This document shows, in pieces, positions 7,976 through 16,810 of a DNA stretch of 26,091 nucleotides. Each line of letters starts with the position of its first letter. Within the stretch, counting starts at the first letter, position 1. Source of the stretch: a bacterium (GTDB taxonomy: Bacteria; Planctomycetota; UBA1135; UBA2386); NCBI GenBank assembly GCA_011051855.1, contig DRKG01000355.1:1-26091 (forward strand), in the 5' to 3' direction. The translations under genes and the position numbers were made by a program. Under the pieces are notes generated by a model. That model saw only the letters and a program-made list of their open reading frames with translations. It ran no database searches and was not told the origin of the DNA.

Positions 7976-9241
7976 ATGCACAATCGCCAGAGCGGTGCCG
8001 CGCACGTCCCGATCATGTTCTTCCTCATCCTCCTGGTGATGTTCCTGGGGGCCCTGGGGTTCGCCTGGATGCAGCAGACGAAGAACGGCGAGCTGATCAA
8101 GGCCCGCCAACAAGCGCGGGCCGACCTGCAGGTGCTGAAGGAGAAGGAGCTGCTGATCCAGCACTACATCGAGGACCTGTTCAACGTTCTCAAGAAGCCG
8201 GGGTCGTACACCGGCCGGCCGCAGTCGAAGGCGCTCTACGGCGACGCGACGCTCGAATACCCGGGCGTGATGAATCCGACCGAGATCAAGGCCGTGCTCG
8301 ACGCGGCGGCGAACGACGCGAAGGTCGCCACGGCGCCGTCGCTGGAAGCGCTGCTCGGTTCGATGGTGACCCGGATCAACACCCAGGAACAGCGCATCAA
8401 GGAACTCGAGGCCGAGCGCGACAAGGCCATGGCGGCCAAGGCGACCGGCGACCAGCGCTACACGCAACTCGAGGGTGAGGCGCGCTCGACCGCAGCCGAG
8501 ACGGCGTCGAATCTCGAACAGGCTCGCTCCGACTACGAGGCGGCGAAGAGCGACCGCGACCGTCGCATCATCGCGCTGCAGGACAACGTCAACAACCTGC
8601 GCGACCAGATGACGCAGGCCAAGGAAGCCGCCGATGCCCGCGAGAAGGAACTGCTCGGCAAGATCGGCTTGCTGCAGACCCAGTTGTCGGCGGTCACCGA
8701 GCGCAACGCCCTCAACCAGCCGCCCCAGGTCGCCGACGGCAAGATCATCGCGGCGGAGAACAACACGCCGGTCGGGTTCATCAACCTCGGCCGCAAGGAC
8801 CTGCTGCAGCGCGGCACCGTGTTCCGCGTGAAGAGTGCCAACAGCGACGCCGTCAAGGGCTACTGCCAGGTGACCCGCGTCGAGGAGGAGCGCTCGCAGG
8901 TGCGCTTCTACGACTTCGTCGACCCGGTCGGGGACTTCGCCCGCCCCGGCGACCTGCTCTACAACGACCTCTACACGCCGCGCGTCACCCGCACGATGTA
9001 CCTGATGGGTCGCTTCATCACGCCGAAGGAGGACATCGCCAACATGCTGCGCCGCCTCGGCAACCGCGTCGTCAACAAGATGGGGCCGGGCGTCGACACC
9101 GTCGTGCTCGGCAACGACCCGGTCAACGAGGCCGGCGACGGCTTTGCGTCGGTGCAGGACAGCGAGGAGTTCAAGCTCGCCAACGAACTGCGCGTCGAGT
9201 TCACCTACCTGTCGAAGATCAGCGACCTGCTCAAGCTCTAG
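7976..9241 (+). CDS. N-terminally membrane-anchored coiled-coil protein with a beta-rich domain and BRCT-like C-terminus, 421 aa
   Basis: GGAG 9 nt before ATG 7976; hydrophobic stretch IMFFLILLVMFLGALGFAW; long E/K/Q/A heptad region; GFINLGRKDLLQRGTVFRV; C-terminal MYLMGRF...LRRLGNRVVNKMGPGVDTVVLG resembles a BRCT fold. Strong G/C bias at third codon positions. Confidence 0.85.
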   Translation: MHNRQSGAAHVPIMFFLILLVMFLGALGFAWMQQTKNGELIKARQQARADLQVLKEKELLIQHYIEDLFNVLKKPGSYTGRPQSKALYGDATLEYPGVMNPTEIKAVLDAAANDAKVATAPSLEALLGSMVTRINTQEQRIKELEAERDKAMAAKATGDQRYTQLEGEARSTAAETASNLEQARSDYEAAKSDRDRRIIALQDNVNNLRDQMTQAKEAADAREKELLGKIGLLQTQLSAVTERNALNQPPQVADGKIIAAENNTPVGFINLGRKDLLQRGTVFRVKSANSDAVKGYCQVTRVEEERSQVRFYDFVDPVGDFARPGDLLYNDLYTPRVTRTMYLMGRFITPKEDIANMLRRLGNRVVNKMGPGVDTVVLGNDPVNEAGDGFASVQDSEEFKLANELRVEFTYLSKISDLLKL

Positions 9242-9280
9242 CAGGGCCGTGCCGCCGGTTGTGAGCCCGGCGACCGAGCG

Positions 9281-9304
9281 ACCGGCGCCGTTTGCGGCGC
9301 CGGT
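9281..9304 (+). terminator. GC-rich hairpin after the 7976 gene (possible terminator or stabiliser)
   Basis: Perfect 10-bp stem ACCGGCGCCG / CGGCGCCGGT with TTTG loop. No real U-tract follows. Confidence 0.45.
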
Positions 9305-9329
9305 GTTCATGTACAGGTAAGCTCCCGCC

Positions 9330-10313
9330 GTGCAGTTGGACGACCCCAGGATCCGCGAAGCGCTCGACGACGATGGCGATGGTGCCGGCGGCGCCGGCAA
9401 GCCCGAGCAGTTGCCGCGCATGTCGTTCGGCGACCATCTCGACGAACTGCGCAAGCGGGTGATCCGTTCGCTGCTGGCGATCGGAATCGCGATCCTCGCG
9501 GTGTTGCCGTTCAAGCAGGAGGTCACCGAGATCCTGATCGAGCCTTACCGCGTGCAGTGGCGGATCGGCTTCGAGAACTGGATCGAGCAGCTCCAGGAGG
9601 AGAAGGCCCGCGGGGAACTCGACGACCTCGGCGAAGGCTTCTTGGCCTTCAGTCTCGAGAACAAGGACAAGATCCTCGCCGGCGGATTCCGCTGGGACTA
9701 CCTGCTCGAACGCATGTCGGGTTATCCGGTGCCGTACAGCCTGTACGCGACCGGTGGCCTCGAGGACATGCTCGCGTTCATGTGGTTCTCGTTGATCTTC
9801 GCGCTGGCGATCGCCAGTCCGGTGGTCGTCTGGCAGGCGTGGGCGTTCGTGGCGGCGGGCTTGTACAAACACGAACGGGCGGTGTTCTACCGCTACTTCC
9901 CGTTGATGGTGGTGCTGGTTTGCGCGGGTGTCTGGTTCGGCTACCGGATTGCGCTGCCGTTCTCGCTCGGCTTTCTGGTCAGCCTGATGGATCCGAGCCA
10001 GGTGAAGGCGATCTTCAGCATCGGCCAGTTCCTGACCCTCGAGTTCACCCTGACGGCGGCGATGGGGGTCATGTTCCAGTTGCCGCTGATCATGCTGGCG
10101 TTGCAGAAGGTCGGCCTGGTGCGCCATCGGGCCTTCGTCAAGCACTGGCGGGTCACGGTGCTGGTGATCTTCTGCTGTTCGGCGCTGTTCACGCCGCCGG
10201 AGCCGGTGTCGATGATCCTGATGGCCGCGCCGATGATGCTGCTTTACCTGTTCGGCCTCCTGCTGACGTGGCGGGCGAGCAAGCACGAGCAGGCGTTGCC
10301 GGAGGCGTCGTGA
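9330..10313 (+). CDS. tatC: Twin-arginine translocase subunit TatC, 327 aa, with enlarged first external loop
   Basis: MSFGDHLDELRKR, SPVVVWQAWAFVAAGLYKHE, FQLPL and LFTPPEPVSM; about 6 hydrophobic segments. Confidence 0.95.
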   Translation: MQLDDPRIREALDDDGDGAGGAGKPEQLPRMSFGDHLDELRKRVIRSLLAIGIAILAVLPFKQEVTEILIEPYRVQWRIGFENWIEQLQEEKARGELDDLGEGFLAFSLENKDKILAGGFRWDYLLERMSGYPVPYSLYATGGLEDMLAFMWFSLIFALAIASPVVVWQAWAFVAAGLYKHERAVFYRYFPLMVVLVCAGVWFGYRIALPFSLGFLVSLMDPSQVKAIFSIGQFLTLEFTLTAAMGVMFQLPLIMLALQKVGLVRHRAFVKHWRVTVLVIFCCSALFTPPEPVSMILMAAPMMLLYLFGLLLTWRASKHEQALPEAS

Positions 10314-11551
10314 TCGCCGAGGTCGTCGCCATCGGCGATGAGCTGCTGCACGGCAGCCTGCTCGACAGCAACAGCAGCCACATCGCGGGCGAACTCGAAC
10401 GCATCGGTTGTGTGGTTGGGCGGTTCACCGTCGTCGGCGACGAGCCTGACGACCTGCGCGCGGCGCTCGCCGACGCCTGCCGGCGGGCCGACGTGGTGGT
10501 CGCCACCGGCGGCCTCGGGCCGACGCTCGATGACCGCACGCGCGACGTCGCCGCTGCCTTGGGCGGCCAGCCGCTGCGGTTCGACGAACGGAGCTGGCAG
10601 CAGATTCTCGCCTGGTTCGAGCGGCACGGCCGCTCGGTGCCGGCGAGCAACCGGCGCCAAGCCGAGCTGCCGGCCGCGGCCAGCGCGCTTCCGAACGCGG
10701 TCGGCACGGCGCCTGGCTTCAGGCTCACGGTGCACGACGCCGAGCTGTTCGTGTTGCCTGGAGTGCCGCGCGAGATGGCGGTGATGCTGCGCGACCACGT
10801 GTTGCCCGCGGTCACGGCGCTCGGTGGCTTGACGCCGACCGTGCAGCACTGCCTGCGTGTGCTCGGCCCGTCGGAAGCACTGCTCGGCGAGCGCCTCGGC
10901 GACTACATGCATCCCGGCCGGAACCCGGCCGTCGGCGTGACCGCAGCGGGCGGTCTGTTGACGGTGCGCATCGTGGCGCGCTCGGCGAGCGTCGCGGGCG
11001 CTCGGGCGCTGTGCGCCGAAACCGCCGCCGAACTGCGGCCGTTGCTGGGCGACTGGCTACTGGCCGAAGGCGATGCCGAACTGCCCGAACTGGTGCTCGA
11101 CCGCCTGCGCCAGAGCGGCACCACGATCGCGTTCGCCGAGTCGTGCACCGGCGGGCTGTGTGCGGCGCGGCTGACCGACGTCGCCGGTTCGTCCGCGGCA
11201 CTGCTCGGCGGGGTCGTCGCCTACAGCAACGCCGCCAAGGAACGCTTGCTCGGCGTCCCGCGGCGCCTTCTCGACCAGCACGGCGCGGTCAGCGAGCCGG
11301 TGGCGCAGGCGATGGCCACGGGTGGGCGCGACCGTTTCGGCGCCGATCTCGCGGTTGCGACCACCGGCATCGCCGGTCCGGGAGGCGGCAGTGCGCACAA
11401 GCCGGTAGGCACCGTCTGCTTCGCGCTCGCGCGAGATGGCGGTAGCAAGGCGTGGACGGTGCAGATCCCCGCGCTCGGCCGCGCGTTCGTGCGCGATCGC
11501 GCCGTGTTCGAAGTCTGGCGCGCGCTGCTAACGGAACCGAAGGGCGTATGA
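10310..11551 (+). CDS. cinA: CinA (molybdopterin-binding-like domain plus NMN deamidase PncC domain), 413 aa
   Basis: AEVVAIGDELLHG, TGGLGPTLDDRTR, LPGVPREM, AESCTGG, VAYSNAAK and TTGIAGP. GGAGG SD and GTGA overlap with tatC. Confidence 0.95.
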   Translation: MIAEVVAIGDELLHGSLLDSNSSHIAGELERIGCVVGRFTVVGDEPDDLRAALADACRRADVVVATGGLGPTLDDRTRDVAAALGGQPLRFDERSWQQILAWFERHGRSVPASNRRQAELPAAASALPNAVGTAPGFRLTVHDAELFVLPGVPREMAVMLRDHVLPAVTALGGLTPTVQHCLRVLGPSEALLGERLGDYMHPGRNPAVGVTAAGGLLTVRIVARSASVAGARALCAETAAELRPLLGDWLLAEGDAELPELVLDRLRQSGTTIAFAESCTGGLCAARLTDVAGSSAALLGGVVAYSNAAKERLLGVPRRLLDQHGAVSEPVAQAMATGGRDRFGADLAVATTGIAGPGGGSAHKPVGTVCFALARDGGSKAWTVQIPALGRAFVRDRAVFEVWRALLTEPKGV

Positions 11552-11576
11552 TGGGGGGCCGCGCGGCGTTGCCGCG
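11525..11576 (+). promoter_or_regulatory. Possible internal promoter and 5' hairpin for the kinase operon
   Basis: TATGAT (11547-11552) with weak CTGCTA 16 nt upstream. Hairpin CGCGGC-GTT-GCCGCG at 11562-11576. Confidence 0.3.
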
Positions 11577-11591
11577 TTCGCTCCGAGACGC

Positions 11592-14500
11592 GTGAAGATC
11601 TGCTTGTCCTGCGAGGGGGTCACCGAAACCCAGGCACAGCGCTGCGGCTTCTGCAACGCGCGTTTGGTCGCGACCGATGCGGTCCACTACCCGGTGCGAC
11701 GCGGCGAACTCGATGCCGGCAATCCGCTGCTCGGCACCGTGATCGACGGGAAGTACCGGCTGCAGTCCGTGCTCGGTCGCGGCGGCCTCGGCACGGTGTT
11801 CCGTGCCCAGCACGTCGGTTCGCTGGTGACGGTGGCATTGAAGCTGCTGCACCCGCGCTTCTCCGAGCGCCCCGAATACCGCCGGCTGTTGGTGCCGGAG
11901 GCGCGGCGGGCGGCGGCTGTCGTGCACGATCGGTGCGCGCGGGTGCTCGACGTCGGCGAAGGCGACGAGGGCATCACCTACCTGGCGATGGAGCTGGTGC
12001 AGGGCCAGACCCTCGACGAGGTGCTGCAGGCGGGTGCCCTGCCGGTGGCGCACGTGCTCGACATCCTGATCCAGGTATCGGCGGCGCTGGCTGCCGTGCA
12101 CGAGGCCGGCTTGGTGCACTGTGATCTGTCGCCGCGCAACGTGATGGTGTCCGTCGAGGGGGGACGGCTGGCGGCCAAGGTGCTCGACTTCGGCATCGCC
12201 CGCGGGGTCATCGCCGGGGTCGGTGGTGCGCGCGGCGAACTGCAGGGGTTCGCCAATCCGGCGTTTTCGGCCCCCGAACTGCTGGCCGGCGAAGACGTGG
12301 ATGCGCGCGCCGACATCTACTCGTTCGGCACGCTCGCGTGGTTGATGCTGACCGGGTCGATGCCGGTCGACGACGCCGATCCCGTGCGCGCCGCCGCGGC
12401 CGTGCGCGAGGGGCGGCTGTCCGCGTGGCCGAAGGTCGCCGGCGTGCCGGCGCGCCTCGCCCGGTTGGTGCAGTGCTGCGTGCGGTTCGCGCGGGAGGAA
12501 CGGCCGGCCACGGCGCTCGACGTGCACCGGCAGTTGGTGGCGCTGCGCACCGGCCGCGGCCGCTACCTGCCGCGCGTGGCGATGTTCGTGGCGACGGTTG
12601 CGCTGGTTTCGGCCTTGGCCGTGACCGGCAGCGAGCGCACGGCGTTCCTCGACCTGCAACCGGGGGCGCTGCTCGAGCTGTCCGCGGCACCGCCGCCGAA
12701 GGACGAGCCGGGCAGCGACCTGAAGGCCGGCGACCTGGACACGCTGGTCTGTCACTACGGCGGCTTCCGGCCGCGTCGGTTGCGCGTGGAACTGGCCCGT
12801 CCAGGAACCGTGTTGACCCAGATCGACCTCAACCCGGAGGTCGACCCTGCCGCCGGCACGTTGTTGCTGTCGACGGCGCAGACCGGGTGGAGCGAAGTCG
12901 TGCGCGGTCTGGTCGCGGCGAGTCGCGAAGGGCCGGTCGATCTCGCGTTCGTCGTGCCCGGCGTGGGGCTGCTCGGGGTCAGCCGGCTGCGAGTCGACGA
13001 GCGACCTCCGACGGTCGAGGCGCAGTTGGAAGGTGCGGCGACGACGCTGCGCTCGGATTCGGTGCTGCTCTATCGGGCCGCGGACGACCTCGGCATCGCC
13101 TCCGTGGCCGCCGAGGTGCGGTTCGACGCGGGGGGCGAGGCCACACTGGCGCTGCCGTCGGCCGGGGAACGGTTCGACATCGGTCGCGCGCTGCGCGGGC
13201 GGGAGGCGCTCGCGCCGCACGACAGCGTGCAGCCGCGCGGGTCGGGCAGCATCACCGTGGTCGTCACCGACCGGGCCGGCTTCCGCAGCGAGAGCGCCCC
13301 GCTGGCGTTCGAAGTGGCCGACCTCGGCGCCCCGGAAGTGACCGCGATCGAAGGCCCGGCCGGCCAGCGCAGTCTGACGCGGCTCGGCGACCGCTTGCGA
13401 TTCCGGGTGCGCCTGTCCGCGGGAGAACCCGGATGCCGTTTGCGCTGCGGGATCGCGGGCAAGGACCAGAGCGTCGACCTGCCGCTCGCCGTCGACGTGA
13501 CCGACGGGCCGGTATCGGTCGCGTGCGAACTCGCGGCGGGCGAACTGGTCGGTGACGACGACGAGATCGTGCTGCGACTCAGCGTCGTCGATCCGGCCGG
13601 CAACGTCAGTTCCGAGGAGTTCCCGGTGGCGGTCGTCGACCGGAGTCCGACCGTGAGGGTCGTCACGTCCGCGGCCGCGCACGGACCGCCGGTCGTCTGG
13701 CGCCGCGGCGAGCTGGTGCTGGGGCCCGAGGGGGGGGAGGTCGTGGTCGCGGCCGGCCGCGCCTACGCCGTCGTCGAAGCTCGGCTCGAATCGTCGGCAC
13801 GCGACCTCGAAGCCGATCGGGTGCGGCTCGGCGAAGAGCGTGATGGTGGCGTGGTCGTGCGGTTCGCGCCGTTGCCGGCCGGCTTGTTCCGCTTGCATCT
13901 GTCCCTCACCGAGCGCGCGGAGCGACTCTTGGCGCCGGTCCGGCGCAGCGTGGACGTGCGGGTGCTGCCGGCCCGGATCGAGGTGCAGGTGCCGACGACG
14001 AGGCCGCACTACGTGCCGGGTCTGCTGGCCGCCGGCGTGTTCGGCAAGCGCGCGGCCGGGGTCGTCGGCGGTCTCGGGGAGGGGCCGGGCTGGCGTCTCG
14101 CTGCCGAACTGCGGCCGTACGTGGGCGGTTGGTCGTGGAGCGGCGCGGTCGGTGCCGAGGTCGAGACGGAGGTGCGGCGCGCCGCGGCGCCGCTGTTGCC
14201 GGGGTTGGTGCCGGTGCGGGGCCGGAACCGGTTGCTGCTTCGGCTCGACGACGTGCTCGGCCGCCGCGTGTTTGTGGTCGATCGTTCGGGCGTTCGGCTG
14301 CCGATGGACGCCGACGGTCGGCAGTTGGTCGCCGACTACTGGTGGAGCGATGTCGCTCCCCAGCTCGTCGGCGAGGAAGTTCTGGTGGAGTACGGGCAGC
14401 CGGCGCGGCTGCGCGTGCGGTTGCCGCTGCCGTTTCGCGACGTCGAGCCGTCGGAACTGCGGCTCGGCGTGCTCAACCATGAGATCCGCGCCAGTCAGAT

Positions 14501-15746
14501 CGCGCACGACGGGGCGCGCTCGATCGCGTTGTTCGAGCTGCCGTTTGCGGATTGGAGTGCCGCCGCCGAGCTCGGTTCACGCCCCCGTGAGGACTACGCC
14601 AAGGGGCTGCGGGTGCGCATTCGGGCCGACATCACCACGCCGGCTGGCGAAGAACGTGCGCTCACGCTGCCGCTGACCACTACCCGCAGTACGCTGTCGC
14701 CGGTTCGGCTCGGTGATCTCGCCGCCCTGCCGGAAGGGCTGGCCGATCTCGTGCTGTTGCCGGTGCTCGGTCCCGACGGTGTGTTCGTCGAGCCTGTGCC
14801 ACCCGATGCTCCGCCGCGGTTCACCTTCCGACCGCAGCAACGGGTCGACGTGCGCAACATGCCCGACATCTTGTTGCAGGACCGCGAGATGGTCTGGCGG
14901 CAGGCGCTGGCGCTGGCCGAGGTCGCCGCGAGCCTGACCGACGAGGCGCTGCGGCGGCGGTGCGTGCACGCCTGCGACCCGTGCGGCACGTCGCGCCTGA
15001 CGACGGCCCGCCTGCTGCCGGCGAGTGCGCCTCCCGGCGCCGGTGACGAGGTGCTCGCCGGCGTCGATTACTACCAGTGCTGGGCGCTCAGCCGCCTGCT
15101 CGGTGTCGCCGTCGCGGGGGATCCGGCTTTGTTCCGGCTGCCGCTCGGTTGCGAACTCGAACGCGCCGCGTTCGGCGATCTGGGGGGGACGTCCTGCCAC
15201 GGCGTCGGCGCACACGGCGGCGCGGTGCGCATGTCCGCCTTCCAGCGGCCGGTCGCGCGCGGCCTGGCGCCCGCGTTCGAGCGCGAGGTCGGCGACGTGA
15301 TCGCGACCGCCTATGGGGTCGACTTCTACGGCCTCGACTTCGGCGTCAGCGAATGGGTGCTCGACCTGCCGCACGTCCCGGGCCGCGAGATGCTGCTGCA
15401 GTTGTGGACCGACGACCATGCGGTGCACCTCGGCCGGGCGCTTGCGATCGGCCGCGGTGAGGCCGACCCGCCGCCCGACCCGGTGGGGCCGCAGACGATG
15501 CTCGGCGTGGTGCGCGGCCTGGCGTTCGGCGATGTCGCCGGCCTGCTCGACCGCGACGGCAGCCGCCTCGACCCGGACCGCTACGAATCCGTGCCGACTT
15601 CGGTGCCGGGGGTGCTGCGCAGCGAGCAACTGCTGCGCGACGGCAGCGACCTGCTCGGCCGCGGCCGCGATCCGCGTCTGGCGCGGATCGGTTTCCGGAT
15701 CGCGGCCGACGCGGCGGCGTTGGCGCGTCGATGGGGGTATCGGTGA
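11592..15746 (+). CDS. Hanks-type Ser/Thr protein kinase, 1384 aa: Zn-ribbon, kinase, TM, Ig-like repeats, degenerate FGE-sulfatase-like domain
   Basis: CxxC...CxxC N-terminus; LGRGGLGTVF, VALKLL, HCDLSPRN, VLDFGIAR, SAPE, ADIYSFG and ERP; TM VAMFVATVALVSALAV; C-terminal FRLPLGCELERAA and GVSEWV. Confidence 0.9.
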   Translation: MKICLSCEGVTETQAQRCGFCNARLVATDAVHYPVRRGELDAGNPLLGTVIDGKYRLQSVLGRGGLGTVFRAQHVGSLVTVALKLLHPRFSERPEYRRLLVPEARRAAAVVHDRCARVLDVGEGDEGITYLAMELVQGQTLDEVLQAGALPVAHVLDILIQVSAALAAVHEAGLVHCDLSPRNVMVSVEGGRLAAKVLDFGIARGVIAGVGGARGELQGFANPAFSAPELLAGEDVDARADIYSFGTLAWLMLTGSMPVDDADPVRAAAAVREGRLSAWPKVAGVPARLARLVQCCVRFAREERPATALDVHRQLVALRTGRGRYLPRVAMFVATVALVSALAVTGSERTAFLDLQPGALLELSAAPPPKDEPGSDLKAGDLDTLVCHYGGFRPRRLRVELARPGTVLTQIDLNPEVDPAAGTLLLSTAQTGWSEVVRGLVAASREGPVDLAFVVPGVGLLGVSRLRVDERPPTVEAQLEGAATTLRSDSVLLYRAADDLGIASVAAEVRFDAGGEATLALPSAGERFDIGRALRGREALAPHDSVQPRGSGSITVVVTDRAGFRSESAPLAFEVADLGAPEVTAIEGPAGQRSLTRLGDRLRFRVRLSAGEPGCRLRCGIAGKDQSVDLPLAVDVTDGPVSVACELAAGELVGDDDEIVLRLSVVDPAGNVSSEEFPVAVVDRSPTVRVVTSAAAHGPPVVWRRGELVLGPEGGEVVVAAGRAYAVVEARLESSARDLEADRVRLGEERDGGVVVRFAPLPAGLFRLHLSLTERAERLLAPVRRSVDVRVLPARIEVQVPTTRPHYVPGLLAAGVFGKRAAGVVGGLGEGPGWRLAAELRPYVGGWSWSGAVGAEVETEVRRAAAPLLPGLVPVRGRNRLLLRLDDVLGRRVFVVDRSGVRLPMDADGRQLVADYWWSDVAPQLVGEEVLVEYGQPARLRVRLPLPFRDVEPSELRLGVLNHEIRASQIAHDGARSIALFELPFADWSAAAELGSRPREDYAKGLRVRIRADITTPAGEERALTLPLTTTRSTLSPVRLGDLAALPEGLADLVLLPVLGPDGVFVEPVPPDAPPRFTFRPQQRVDVRNMPDILLQDREMVWRQALALAEVAASLTDEALRRRCVHACDPCGTSRLTTARLLPASAPPGAGDEVLAGVDYYQCWALSRLLGVAVAGDPALFRLPLGCELERAAFGDLGGTSCHGVGAHGGAVRMSAFQRPVARGLAPAFEREVGDVIATAYGVDFYGLDFGVSEWVLDLPHVPGREMLLQLWTDDHAVHLGRALAIGRGEADPPPDPVGPQTMLGVVRGLAFGDVAGLLDRDGSRLDPDRYESVPTSVPGVLRSEQLLRDGSDLLGRGRDPRLARIGFRIAADAAALARRWGYR

Positions 15747-16810
15747 AGCGTGCCCTGTTGGCGCTGTTGGCGGCCCTCGTCGCGGGGTGCGTTTCGCCGC
15801 GCGACGACCTGCTCGGGCTCAGGAGCCGGCCCCCGCTCGACCGCGCCGTCCTGGTGAGCGGCGGCGCCTTCCTGGCGGCAACGCCGACCGCGGACGGCAC
15901 CTTCCAGTCCGATGAGGATCTCGAAGCCGAACGGGATGCAGAGGCGATTCCGTTCGCGGCGATCGTCGACGTGCTCGATCGCGCCGCGGTCTTCCAGCGA
16001 GTGGTCGCCGACCCGGATGCCGAACGCCGAGCGCGCCTCGGGCGGCAGTTGCGCACCCGCGACGACGATGCGCAGCTCGCGGCCTTCTTGCGGCAGGCGC
16101 GTGATCAGGGCTTCGATCTGCTGCTGGTGATCGAGGAACTACAGGACGGTCCGATCGAGAGTCTCGGCACCAACGATCGCTGGCCGGTGACGTTCGCGAC
16201 CTGGATCCTGCTGGGGGTCGGCGCGCTGATCCCCGACCACACCTTCGAGTCCCGCGCGGCGCTGCGTGTGTCGCTGCGCGAGTTGCAGACCGGCCGGGAG
16301 CTCGATTACCTGTTGTTGGTGCCCGGCCGCGTCGAACTGGCGTTGACCGAGCGCACCGACCTGCTCGGCCTGTTGATGTCGATCCTGGTGCCGCCGTTCT
16401 GGGTGCCTAGCGACCCGGCGACGCTGCGGCGTTCGGTGCGCGATACCGCCGAACGACGGCTGCTGCTGTCGATGGCGCGCGATCTGAAGAGTGAGGCGAT
16501 GCGCCGCAAGCTCGCCGAACTGGCCGCTGCCCGCATCGACCTGGTCGGTTCGCCGGAAGGGCCGGAGATCACGGTCGAATCGCGGGAAAGCCTCAGCGCG
16601 GTGGCGCTGCGGGCCGCGGGGCTCGGGGACGCCACCCCCTGGCGAGAGTTCGAGCGGGAACTGCTGCGCTCGGGGCGGATCGAGGGCGAGCGCTTCCTGT
16701 ATCGCGCGCTGCTGCCACGCATCGCCGACGGGCAGCCGTTCCAGGTCCGGGTCGCGACCCTGCGCGGCGGTATCGCGTCGGCGACGTTCCGGCTCGGGAG
16801 CGCGCGATGA
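15743..16810 (+). CDS. Lipoprotein of unknown function, 355 aa
   Basis: GTG 15743 overlaps the kinase stop (GTGA). MKRALLALLAALVAGC is a basic/hydrophobic signal peptide with a VAGC lipobox. Confidence 0.85.
   Translation: MKRALLALLAALVAGCVSPRDDLLGLRSRPPLDRAVLVSGGAFLAATPTADGTFQSDEDLEAERDAEAIPFAAIVDVLDRAAVFQRVVADPDAERRARLGRQLRTRDDDAQLAAFLRQARDQGFDLLLVIEELQDGPIESLGTNDRWPVTFATWILLGVGALIPDHTFESRAALRVSLRELQTGRELDYLLLVPGRVELALTERTDLLGLLMSILVPPFWVPSDPATLRRSVRDTAERRLLLSMARDLKSEAMRRKLAELAAARIDLVGSPEGPEITVESRESLSAVALRAAGLGDATPWREFERELLRSGRIEGERFLYRALLPRIADGQPFQVRVATLRGGIASATFRLGSAR

Noticed and set aside
9309-9320. Mini-ORF ATG-TAC-AGG-TAA (MYR) before tatC
   Set aside because: Only three codons with no coupling overlap to tatC. 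The sequence is better explained as containing the TAAGCT -10 element.
5882-9526. 1214-aa minus-strand ORF suggesting a Rho with a huge N-terminal extension
   Set aside because: The upstream approximately 800 codons are the antisense shadow of the 7976 gene and an alternative frame over coaE. Rho similarity begins exactly at ATG 7105, which overlaps the coaE stop.
11289-14507. 1072-aa minus-strand ORF, plus 14577..15629
   Set aside because: Antisense to the kinase, R/A/P/H-rich and without motifs. Long stop-free shadows are expected in GC-rich DNA.
14850-15746. FGE-like domain as a diversity-generating retroelement target
   Set aside because: No template repeat, adenine-specific variant copy or reverse transcriptase in the window.
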